Assembly: GCA_030141605.1 (NCBI GenBank)
Contig: JAQGDQ010001665.1
Location: 1-30,587, forward strand
DNA from: Tubiluchus corallicola
Lineage: Eukaryota; Animalia; Priapulida
DNA length: 30,587 nucleotides
Direction of reading: 5' to 3'
This document shows positions 11,228 to 21,809 of this stretch, in pieces. Both the position numbers and the translations under genes were made by a program. The notes below the pieces were generated by a model. That model did no database searches. It had not been told where the DNA came from and saw only the letters and a program-made list of their open reading frames with translations. Position 1 is the stretch's first letter, and each line of letters begins with the position of its first letter.

Positions 11228-14011
11228 ATGAAACCTGAGGAAGATAAGGAAAAGACAAATCTGTGTTGGAATTATAAGTATGATGGTGAATGCAAATATG
11301 GTAGTAGGTGCAGATATAGACATTTTTAACGATGATGAAAAGAGGTGCCTAAGTATACAAGAACGAGAAGGACAGCAGACAACCTAGAGGCTAATAAAAA
11401 TGAACAAAAGACACAAAATGAAAGTCTGGTTGAGCAAATTAGTTTTTTAATGAGGGAAATCAGTGCAATACAAGAAAAACTGTGGAATTAGGAAAAAAAT
11501 TAAAAGTGAAAAGATATCAGAAAAAGAAAAAGAGATTTAAAAATTTTAATGTAGTGTATACAAATTGCCAAGGACTAAATAATAAGTTAGAGTCATTGTA
11601 TGGAGTGATAAGGGAAAAAAGCCTAGTGTAATAGGAATTGTTGAAACCCATTTGGGGGAAGAAGAATTAGTGAAAATTGTAAGTTATAAAGTGTTTCAAC
11701 TGAATAGAAATAAGTATGGAGGGGGATATTATTGGCAATTGATAATGACTTAAAAAATGTAACAATAAAGGCTGACCAGTATAATAAAGTAGGAGAACAA
11801 TTATGGGTTGTAATGGATAATTCAAAAGTAAAATTGAGAGTAGGATTATTGTATGCACCTCAGGAAAGTAGGACAGATAAAGAAGAAATGAAGAAAATGT
11901 ATGAACAAATACGAAAGCAAGTACAAAAAGCAAAAAATGAAAACCAGAAGTGCTTGCTTATAGGTGACTTCAATGCAAAAGTAGGAAATATTATCAAAGG
12001 TAATAATGATGAAATAACTTGGGCAGGAAAAATGTTACTAAATCTGGTTAAAAAAGAAAATCTAGTAATATTAAATGCAACTGAAGAATGCTCAGGAATT
12101 TGGACAAGAGAAGAAGCTGGGACAAAATCTGTTATTGATTATATTATAATAAGTGCAAATGATGTAAATGCATATAGGTAGGTTTACACTTGTTGACGAA
12201 CAAAAACTGTATGGAGTGTACAGAGTGACTAGTAGTGGCGAGAAAAAAATTATATACACAGACCACAATACATTATATAGTGAATTTGATTGGGTTGAGA
12301 TTAGCAAAATGAAAAGACATAAAAGTGATGAGATAAAAAAATTAGTAGTGTCTAATAAAAATAAAATGAACAGATACAAAAATGAAACTGATGATCAAAT
12401 ATTTAGCAAAGTATGGAGCAGTAATAGATCAATTCAGAGCAAATATGATGGTTGGATTAATCAAGTTGCAGCAATAAGAGACAGGTGCCTTTCAGTAAAA
12501 GGAAACAAAAATATGGAAGTAAAATGTCAAGGAAGTTAGATAAAGAAAGACGTAAGTTAAAACATGAAATGAACGATGAAGAAGACTCTGAAAGGAAAAG
12601 AATGATTAAAATAAAAATTGAACTAACAGAAAACATGATGAGGAATGTGCAAAGGAAGGAACAAATAAATAGAATAAATAAAACTGTTAAGACAATTACA
12701 GTAAATGGAAAACTTAACCAGCAGTTGTTTTGGGAATTCAAAAAGTCGAGTATCGCAATCGCAAAAACCTTAACAGAAAATATACAGAAAACACAATATA
12801 TGAGAACAAACATGGCACGAAAGAAAAGGATTCCAGAATTACGTGAGTCACTAAGGAACGGAGAGGTTAAGGAAGCAGAGGAATACCAATATTTGGGAGA
12901 TTGGATTAATACAAAATGTAGTTATGAAATAATGTTGGGAAAACGAACCGGGAAAAATAAAATGATAATTAGTTACATCAATACAATAGGAGGTGAGCCG
13001 AAAGTGAGAGATTGCTCAATAGGGGTGAAACTAATGCAGTACAAGGTTCTCTCAGTGAGTGCAGTGCAAAATAGTTCCGAGACATGGTCAAATTTGACAA
13101 CAACTGATTGGGAGAAATTAGAAATGATTCAAGCAAATGCTCGACATTATTTAATCTTAGTGAATCAACGCCATACTGGGGATTAGTAACTGAAATACGC
13201 ATATGGCCTTCAAAACAAAGTGAATTATAGGAGATTGATGTTCTATCGGAATTTACTGATTAGTAAACCAAAGAGATTAGCATCAGAGGTACTCGAAATG
13301 CAAATAAACAGTGTACACAAAAGGTCATGGTATAGTGAAGTAGTTGAGGCTGCAAAAAATATACCACAGATGGTAATAAAGAAAGGGTGAAGGTCATGAA
13401 AAAGTCTGAATGGAAGAAAGAAATAAAGAATACGATTGAATGTTGTATAAAGAATGAATGTGCAGAAAAATGCAGGAGCAGCACTAAATTAAGATTTTTA
13501 AGGCATACCGAGTGGAAACGACAAAATTACATAGACATATGCAAGCCAGAAGAGGTTAAAGATATATTGAAACTGAGACTGAATATGATTAAAGTTAAAG
13601 AAAACTACAAGAATGAGTTTAAAGAATGAGAATAAGCCAGAAGAGGTTAAAGATATATTGAAAATAAGACTGAATATGATTAAAGTTAAAGAAAACTATA
13701 AGAACGAGTTTAAAGATTGGTTATTATGCCCAGTTTGTGGGGAAGATGATGACACTACTGAACATATGCTTAAATGTGACAGATATGGAGAATGGAAAAA
13801 AAATTGAACTCAGATATATTAATGAACAGTGAAAAAGGTTTGCTAGAAATTAGAAATCTAGTGAACGAATGCATGGAATACAGGATAAAGACAAATAAAG
13901 ACATTAAACTGGGAAAAGACAGCTAAAAGATCATCAGCGTTACAGAAAAATAGACCTACAAAAGTGCCCGCCTCTGACAGGTGGAGAGAGTCGAGTATCG
14001 CAATCGCAAAA
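11228..14011 (+). mobile_element. Decayed non-LTR retrotransposon (APE-type LINE), copy 1; RT core deleted
   Basis: ORF1 remnant with a CCCH finger (11264-11323). APE motifs YTNCQGL, GIVETHL, LYAPQE, IGDFNAK, SVIDYI, TDHN (11550-12280). C-terminal CPVC-x8-H-x3-C knuckle. 3' end GTCGAGTATCGCAATCGCAAAA. Many frameshifts. Clade not assignable by eye. Confidence 0.92.
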
Positions 14012-15645
14012 TAAACAAGGTTGTACCGGAAACATGCAGACAAATGTACAAAATTTTACCTAACACTTGAGAACCAAAAAAAAGAACACAACAGGTAAAC
14101 AATTTCAAACAAAGAATAGCGCTCATACATTTTGCAAAATTTGCAAAAACGGAAACTACATTATGGGAAATCAAAAAATGAGAAAGGAACACAGAAATTA
14201 AACCCACCAGGACCACTACAAACATCGAGGGACATAGTCAAATAAATTTCAAACACAGAAACAGATGGAGTGCTCTCACCACTTCATTCATTACATCATT
14301 CCATTCTGAAACACTAAATGTTTTCTTTATCAGACGATTCACTTCAAATTTTCAGATTATTTTTATTACTTTTTTCTTTTACAGTGTGGCAAAATATAAC
14401 AAGCCCTGCTTTTTGATTGCCCACAAAACATATTTACATTTGTATATAGGTGAACAGTGTGTATTTGTATTATGAAACTATTGTAAATGTGTAATGTGAA
14501 ATAAATAACTTATGAGAGTATGGTGAGAGCCAAGTGCACTTTTGCAATTCTAGTACAAACACAATGACCGGCACACACCACTTGAAGAACTTGCCAAGTC
14601 GTTCACACTTGTTAGTTCACTTTCAGAGGGGAATCTCTACGATAATCTCTCATTATTATCTTAGGTGCTTCTGTTATGTAACTGTTGGGCATGGAGTAGG
14701 GCACTAACAGAAGTAGAGCAATAGGTGCACATGGGCTAGCTCAAATAGGATGCGTAGTAGATGGGGTAGCCCAAGTATATCGGCTAATTCGGTTTGCAAT
14801 GAATAGTAAAATAATGGTATTTCTTAAAGAAAAACGAGATGATTCTGTAAACATTAGTTCAGAATAAAGAATGCTTTAAAATATTGAAAATTAAAATAGC
14901 TTTTTTAAATCAGAGTTTAGATTAAATAGTAATTACCTCGGATCCTCAAATTTTGTTAAACACTCAAAGTTACGCACGGCTCAGTGAATCTACTAAGATT
15001 GGCAGCGGTGCAATTTTGTCACATGCGCATTGCCGACAAATAGAAGGCAGTACAGTGATAACCTTGATCATGAACTGCAGTGTTAGTTTTTCATGTCATA
15101 TGATGTAGAGCCCATTTTCATGACATCACGCATTTAAGCCGTAACACTTATGCAAATGTACTTGAAATGCAAGGGAAGACGCCTGTCATTGCACAAACTG
15201 TGGTTAGTTTCTGACATAAGCAATAGCTGTGTTCGGTTGCCTTAATTAATTAATTTTCTAAGCTAATTATTCAAATATAAGGAACAATTGTTAACTTTTA
15301 TAGGCAGGAAAATGTATAATTTGGACAGTAAATTAAAATGAGATTGAGTCTAAACAATCGTCCGATTTTCCCTTAAAGTATATCTTTATTGACAAACAAA
15401 AGACAGCTATTCTAGTTTATTTAACCAAATTCAAAGTTTGTAAATGTCGCTAAAATATAACACGAGTAAAAATATTCAACACGAGCATGTTAGAGGGCAG
15501 CTGCATCTGAGAGGGCCCATAATTTCATTAGCCTAGGGACCCTAAGAGGTCATAACACAGCCCTGATTACCAGGTGCATCTTAGGTGTGTGGATCAAGTC
15601 GGTACGGATTTCCTTTGCAACAGTTGTAAAGCAAAGCCGTGGAAA

Positions 15646-15717
15646 TACGTGTTGACAGTCATGTACGAACACGTGTTGACAGTCGTGTACAGATATGTGT
15701 TAACAGTCGTGTACAGA
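15646..15717. repeat. 24-bp minisatellite M2, 3 copies
   Basis: Same unit as M1 and followed by the same downstream flank. It marks the A/B junction. Confidence 0.93.
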
Positions 15718-17610
15718 TTTGTTAATTGATACTTGTGAATAAATATTAACTATGAAAAGTCAAAAGAAAATGTGTGATGCATTTGAAAAACATTGATGGC
15801 TCATTGCTTAACAAAAGCGTCTGTAGCTTTTACTTGATAAATGAATCTGGTTTGGCTTCAAGTTTTAGTTCATGGTTTTTAACACGTTCACTTTTTGGAT
15901 ATTGTTGTAATAGTTAAAATAAGAAGTGTGTAATACACGTTTAATCTATATAGCTTGAGATGTACCATCTCTGTTGCCAAGGTCGGAACATGTTTTTATA
16001 TACTAATGCCACTGCTTTCTCAAGTCGTCAAATCCAAGCTGTTTTGCAACATTTGCAAATGGCTACTGTAGATGGCAGCAGCATTGTAGTGAACAGTGGC
16101 TCTATGCATGCTGTTTTATTATAATCTCTTCCATTTGTAAACATGATTTAAACTCTCAGTTAAAGCAAGTGAACCACAAGCGTTATAACTGTATCTGGGT
16201 TCTTGTAAAATCCGAAGTTTAAATCTGGAAATTCATATTTTTATGTTAATTAATTAAAACTTGGTCATAATAAAAATAAATTATAATTGTGCATATAAAA
16301 AAAATTCTGTCCTTTTTTGTTTGAAAATCGAGGTTGAAACCCAAAGACTTAATTACTTATTTTGTTTACAATTTTGTCGTGAAGGACTTATGATTTTAAT
16401 TTTATTCCTAGTGGCGGCTTGTGTATATGTACTGTGGAACTACAGCACCCCCTGGTTTCACTCAATGTTATCGACAATATTCAATATAATAAGTCTCTTT
16501 TCTTTAGTTGTTTCTTTATACTTCTACGGATTCAGAGCACATGAGGGTAGTACTGTTTGCTTCACAGTCCAGCACAGTAGTGTTTGGCAGGTGTGTGCAT
16601 GTGGCCACGCACACATATCTGAGCCCAGGTAGAGAAAAGTACTGTCCCTCACGCAGTTTGTTGTCAGGTGTCTCGTACTTTAAAAGTCGTGTACCGACAT
16701 ACTCTCGAACTACGACAATTTAGGCTATTCGTAAGCAAAATTTTTTTTGCTTAGGATTTTATCAAGTTTATGTATAAACTTTCACGTTCGTTTGTTTAAA
16801 ATATAAATTACAACATAAAATTTACATATGTTTGTTTTGTTTTACCCAGTATTAGAACAACAACAAAAAAATTTCTGAAGCAGCCCCCCCTCCCACTAAG
16901 TTTAGCGAGCCGCCATTGTTCCCATGGTTGATTCCGACAATGCGTTACAGAAACAACAAAATGTATTATACACAGCACTGATATATAACACTTTTATGAC
17001 GTCACATTTTATGTTAAAAATTATTTATTTATTGAACGAGTTAAAAAACCATTTTATGTTACACAAAATTTGCACACATAAGTATAAAAATACATCAAAT
17101 TATAATAAAAGTTTTCAAGAAAAGGAAAGGATGAAGTTAAAACTTTTATTTTCCTTCCCTTTTTAGTTGTCATTATTCTATCCAAATCTAATTTTTTTAT
17201 CATATTGTCTGTGATTATAGAGTATACATTATATTACACATTACATGTACATCACACTAACATGCGCACGCACACACACGAGCACACATTAAATGGTATA
17301 AAAATACACTACACTATATCACATATATTAAACTAAATAATACACATTAAATTATATTTTACTTTTAAAATGGTTTTATATCGAAACTCACAAATTACAA
17401 CATACAATAAAGCTACATCTAAAATTACATATTATACTAAAAACTTATTACAGTACTTTTTGAAACTGTTCACTATTACAGTGTATAGACAATTTTCTGT
17501 AGGACAGTATTTATAATAGAAGCTTTAATTTAGTTTACAATATACAGGTCAACAAAATAACAGACAGATTTGCATCAATTTTGCACCCAAGTGTGTCCTA
17601 TGGATATATG

Positions 17611-18497
17611 CACTCAACCTTGGATATAAGGGACACCTCCGGAAAAAATCGTCCCTTACATCACATGTCCTTTATAGCCGAAGTTGAGTCAGACCGAAGG
17701 CGTATCTAGACCTGTACTTTTACCCACATTTTTATGGATTATTGCTACACATTCAGTGCAAACGGTATGTAGGAAGCTCCTTCAGTGATGCAAGATGTAT
17801 GCTCTGTATTTTTTTTTTTTACATTATGCTTGCGTTATAAAGTAAATTTCAGTTGCCATTGTTATTATGTTTCTGATGTCAGATTTTTATTTCAGTTCTT
17901 GTTTCAGTCCTTATTTCAGTTATCTTCAGTTTGATTTTTTTATTATTATTATTATGCACTTATTATTACTGTGTATGAATTGTACTAACACATTATAAGC
18001 ATATCATTATCAATTTTATGTCATTCCTAACAATTCAGTTTTTATTATAAGCAGTACTAACACTAATACACTGTAGCATAGCGCCTTTAAAAAATGTTCA
18101 TCACTAACCAAAGGGCAGCTGACTAGATGACCAATTGGTCTTTCGCTGCCCTTTCTTCACATTTTTGTTGCTAAATTAATTGTATTGTAACTGTGTGTGT
18201 TAAAAGATAAATAAAAGATTATTATTATTATTATTATTATTATATGTGACTGCGGAAACTGAGTTGTTCAAAGGCCGAGTTTGCGAAAAATTGAGATTAA
18301 AAATCGAGCAATTTAGCTTTGATCATAGGGTCCCTTATATGAGAGGTAATTTACCTGGGTTTCTATTATGCAGGGCCTGAAGATATCGTCCCTTAAATGT
18401 AAAAGTACCTTATATACGAGGATTTTTAATTAAATAAAACGTTACGAAAAATCGGGATATGTATTTGTGGTCCCTTATAAGCAAGTACCTTATACCT
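17611..18497. mobile_element. Paralog of the 7753-8220 MITE, interrupted by an insertion
   Basis: Same CACTCAACCTTGGATATAAGGGAC start and GTCCCTTA motifs. It is split at 17801/18243. Confidence 0.55.
17802..18242 (+). mobile_element. 5'-truncated retroposon 3' end with an (ATT)n tail
   Basis: Absent from the homologous site in unit A. It has a stem-loop AAAGGGCAGC...GCTGCCCTTT (18110-18154), then AATAAA, then an (ATT)n tail. Possible TATG target duplication. Confidence 0.7.
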
Positions 18498-18749
18498 ATT
18501 TTACAAACACTACTGCTTTAGCAAATGAATATTTTTCTAGTTAAAATAAATACTCCTGTTTTTCCAACTCTAACTTCATAAATTGAACCTAAACTGCAAT
18601 GTTGGTTGGTTGTTCATCAGTCAGTGGATAAGTCAGCGAGCCAGCCAGTTGGTTAATCAAGCAATCTGCCGTAAGTCACTCCATTAACCAGTTAGTTCGC
18701 TAATTAGTAATCATTTATTTTTTCTTTGTATCGCCCTTTGTTTATTTGC

Positions 18750-20315
18750 TCAAAGTAATACGGGTTTCAATCCAGTATGAGTGTTCATGTGCGTGAGAAG
18801 ACTACCTTGCGCAGAAAATGATTTGTCACATAAGTCACATTTGTAGGGTTTCATTCCAGTATGAATGTTCATGTGCCTGAGAAGACTACCTCGCACTGAA
18901 AATGATTTGTCACATAAGTCACATTTGTAGGGTTTCATTCCAGTGTGAGTGTTCATGTGCCTGAGAAGACTACCTCGATGAGAAAATGATTTGTCACATA
19001 AGTGACATTTGTGGGATTTCATTGCAGTATGAATGTTCATGTGCCTGAGAAGACTACCTCGCACTGAAAATGATTTGTCACATAAATCACATTTGTGGGG
19101 TTTCATTCCAGTATGAATGTTCATGTGACTGAGAAGACTACCTCGCTCAGAAAATGATTTGTCACATAAGTCACATTTGTGGGGTTTCATTCCAGTATGT
19201 GTGTTCATGTGCCTGAAAAGACTACCTCGCTGAGAAAATGACTTGTCACATAAGTCACATTCATGGGGTTTCAATCCAGTATGAGTGTTCATGTGCGTGA
19301 GAAGATTACCTCGCTTAGAAAATGATTTGTCACACAAGTCACATCTGTAGGGTTTCAATCCAGTATGAGTGTTCTTGTGAATGAGAAGATTACTTCGTGC
19401 AGAAAATGCTTTGTCACACAAGTCACATCTGTAGGGTTTCAATCCAGTATGAGTGTTGATGTGCATGAGAAGACTACTTCGTGCAGAAAATGATTTGTCA
19501 CACAAGTAACATTTGTTGGGTTTCAATCCAGTATGAATGTTCATGTGACTGAGAAGATTACTACGGACCGAAAATGATTTGTCACATAAGTCACATCTGT
19601 GGGGTTTCAATCCAGTATGAGTGTTCATATGCGTGAGAAGACTACCTCGCTGAGCAAATGATTTGTCACATACGTCACATTTGTGGGGTTTCATTCCAGT
19701 ATGAGTGTTCATGTGCGTGAGAAGACTACCTTGCTCAGAAAATGATTTGTCACATAAGTAACATTTGTGGGGTTTAAATCCAGTATGAGTGTTCATGTGC
19801 CTGAGAAGATGACCTAGTAGAGAAAATGATTTGTCACATAAGTCACATTTGTGGGGTTTCATTCCAGTATGAGTGTTCATGTGCCTGAGAAGATGACCTC
19901 GTAGAGAAAATGATTTGTCACATAAGTCACATTTGTGGGGTTTCATCCCAGTATGAATGTTCATGTGCTTGAGAAGACTACCTCGCTGAGAAAATGATTT
20001 GTCACATAAGTCACATTTGTGGGGTTTCATTCCAGTGTGAGTTTTCATGTGCTTGAGCAGATCACCATGCTGAGCAAATGGTTTATCACATACGGCACAT
20101 TTGTGGGGTTTCATTCCAGTATGAGTGTTCATGTGCCTGAGAAGACTACCTCGCTCAGAAAATGATTTGTCACATACGTCACATCTGTGGGGTTTCAGTC
20201 CAGTATGAGTGTTCATGTGCCTGAGAAGATTACCTCGCGCAGAAAATGATTTGTCACACAAGTCACATTTGTGGGGTTTCATGCCTGTGTAATGTTCAGG
20301 TTTCTTACAAAGCAT
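18750..20315 (-). CDS. C2H2 zinc-finger array protein B, 18 tandem fingers, no effector domain visible
   Basis: 521 aa = 11-aa leader + 18 x 28 aa + 6-aa tail. All Zn ligands are intact. A candidate 3' splice site lies at 20454-20455 and a minus-strand AATAAA at 18741-18746. Confidence 0.9.
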   Translation of the reverse strand: MLCKKPEHYTGMKPHKCDLCDKSFSARGNLLRHMNTHTGLKPHRCDVCDKSFSERGSLLRHMNTHTGMKPHKCAVCDKPFAQHGDLLKHMKTHTGMKPHKCDLCDKSFSQRGSLLKHMNIHTGMKPHKCDLCDKSFSLRGHLLRHMNTHTGMKPHKCDLCDKSFSLLGHLLRHMNTHTGFKPHKCYLCDKSFSEQGSLLTHMNTHTGMKPHKCDVCDKSFAQRGSLLTHMNTHTGLKPHRCDLCDKSFSVRSNLLSHMNIHTGLKPNKCYLCDKSFSARSSLLMHINTHTGLKPYRCDLCDKAFSARSNLLIHKNTHTGLKPYRCDLCDKSFSKRGNLLTHMNTHTGLKPHECDLCDKSFSQRGSLFRHMNTHTGMKPHKCDLCDKSFSERGSLLSHMNIHTGMKPHKCDLCDKSFSVRGSLLRHMNIHTAMKSHKCHLCDKSFSHRGSLLRHMNTHTGMKPYKCDLCDKSFSVRGSLLRHMNIHTGMKPYKCDLCDKSFSAQGSLLTHMNTHTGLKPVLL

Positions 20316-20526
20316 GCTTCAATAGCAAAGATATTTCTTGTACTGACCACAGCTGCAAGCTCTAAGTACGTTTATCCACAACTGCCGACACTCGGTTTCC
20401 TAAGATTGTAGATCACAGTTGCGAGACTCCAATTCGCGTGCAGGAGGCAACAACTATATTGAAAAGAAATCAAAAATAAAATTTACAGTTAATAATGCAG
20501 CATCCATATTGAGCGCGTTATTATTA

Positions 20527-21096
20527 CAGTAAACTCGGCATAACTCATGATCAAACAACTAAAATTTTTGCCTAACTCAAAGAATTTCAGCCAAAAGGAT
20601 GAAATCCTTTGTTTTTCCTGCAAAAAACATCAACTAACTCAGTTTTTTGCCTAGCTCAAATAAAAAATTATGGTCCATTTAATAAAAAAACAGGTAAACT
20701 TACTTCTCCTAACTAAAAAATGCAATTTATAATCTAGAAAAAAATGAAAAAGTTTTGTACAACTCAAAAACAGTATCGTCTTCCTGGAAAATTCTGATGT
20801 CTTACAAGTCGTGCCCGCATCCCCCCCAATTATTTTCTCCGGGATAGATCTTTGCGTGTTGTGTATGTGTCCTCTTGCAACATAAAAAATCATGTTTCAC
20901 TACATAATTTGCTATTTTTTATATAACTGTCATCAAATCTCGTCCTTTATGTCTAGAAGGGTCGACTTTCTGTCTTCTAGTTAGCTCGACATCTGGAGGA
21001 GAGGTTTAGAGTTTCTATGCTGGAAAATGGTCGACATCTCCAAACTCAAAAAGTTTATTTCAGTCCGTTTAAATTTGAGTGATGCAGATTTTACTG
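20527..21096. mobile_element. Tc1/pogo-like MITE, copy B
   Basis: TA-CAGTAAACTCGGCATAACTC ... GAGTGATGCAGATTTTACTG-TA. Paralog of 10289-10834. Confidence 0.78.
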
Positions 21097-21182
21097 TATA
21101 ACTATGCAACAGGTTTTAAGTCAAAAACTCAATCTAGAAACTTTGTCTCTACTGATCCTCAAGCAAATTGCACTAATAAGCA

Positions 21183-21624
21183 GCACAAAATTAAGATTTC
21201 TAAGGCATACCGAGTGGAAACGACAAAATTACATAGACACATGCAAGCCAGAAGAGGTTAAAGATATATTGAAACTGAGACTGAATATGATAAAAGTTAA
21301 AGAAAACTATAAGAACGAGTTTAAAGATCGGTTGTTATGCCCAGTTTGTGGGGAAGATGATGAGACTACTGAACATATGCTTAGATGTTCCAGATATGGA
21401 GAATGGAAAAAAATTGAACTCAGCTATATTAATGAACAGTGAAAAGGAAGGATTGCTAGAAATTAGAAATCTAGTGAACGAATGCATGGAATACAGGATA
21501 GAGACAAAAGAAGACATTAAACTGGGAAAAGACAGCTAAAAGATCATCAGCGTTAGAGAAAAATAGACCTATAAAAGTGCCCGCCTCTGATATGTGGACA
21601 GAGTCGAGTATCGCAATCGCAAAA
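21183..21624 (+). mobile_element. 3' stub of LINE copy 1 (paralog in unit B)
   Basis: Encodes TKLRFLRH...CPVCGEDDETTEHMLRC and has the same 3' terminus and downstream flank as 13481-14011. Confidence 0.92.
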
Positions 21625-21809
21625 TAAACAAGGTTGTACTGGAAAGAAATGTACAAGATTTTACCTAACACTTGAGAACCAAAATAAGAACAGAACAGGT
21701 AAACAATTCCAAACATAGAAACAGATACAGTGCTCTCACCATAACGCTCATACATTTTGCAACATTTGCAAAAAGGCAAACTTATGGGACAATAGGAAAA
21801 GGGACAATA

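Larger units (their letters stand above)
6842..15645. repeat. Segmental duplication unit A (~8.8 kb)
   Basis: Collinear blocks shared with unit B: 7058-7391~15718-16037; 7392-7955~17248-17801; 7955-8480~18243-18749; ZF array; 10045-10921~20284-21182; 13481-14140~21183-21780; 14160-15640~24456-26044. Confidence 0.95.

Noticed and set aside
11096-14225. Hydrophobic minus-strand ORFs, and plus-strand ORFs at 22252-23883
   Set aside because: They are antisense readings of A-rich LINE sequence.
10930-15565. Large hAT-like element enclosing the LINE (CAGCGACAAATTAACC...GGGCCCC at left, ...CAGCCCTG at right)
   Set aside because: The termini match each other only weakly and no 8-bp target duplication was found.
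16261-17166. ORFs of 123, 71 and 80 aa in the B-specific segment
   Set aside because: No recognisable motif. The composition fits AT-rich non-coding DNA.
8782-20315. Naming the ZF genes PRDM9 or KRAB-ZNF
   Set aside because: No PR/SET, KRAB or SSXRD exon could be recognised. Only the evolutionary pattern is similar.
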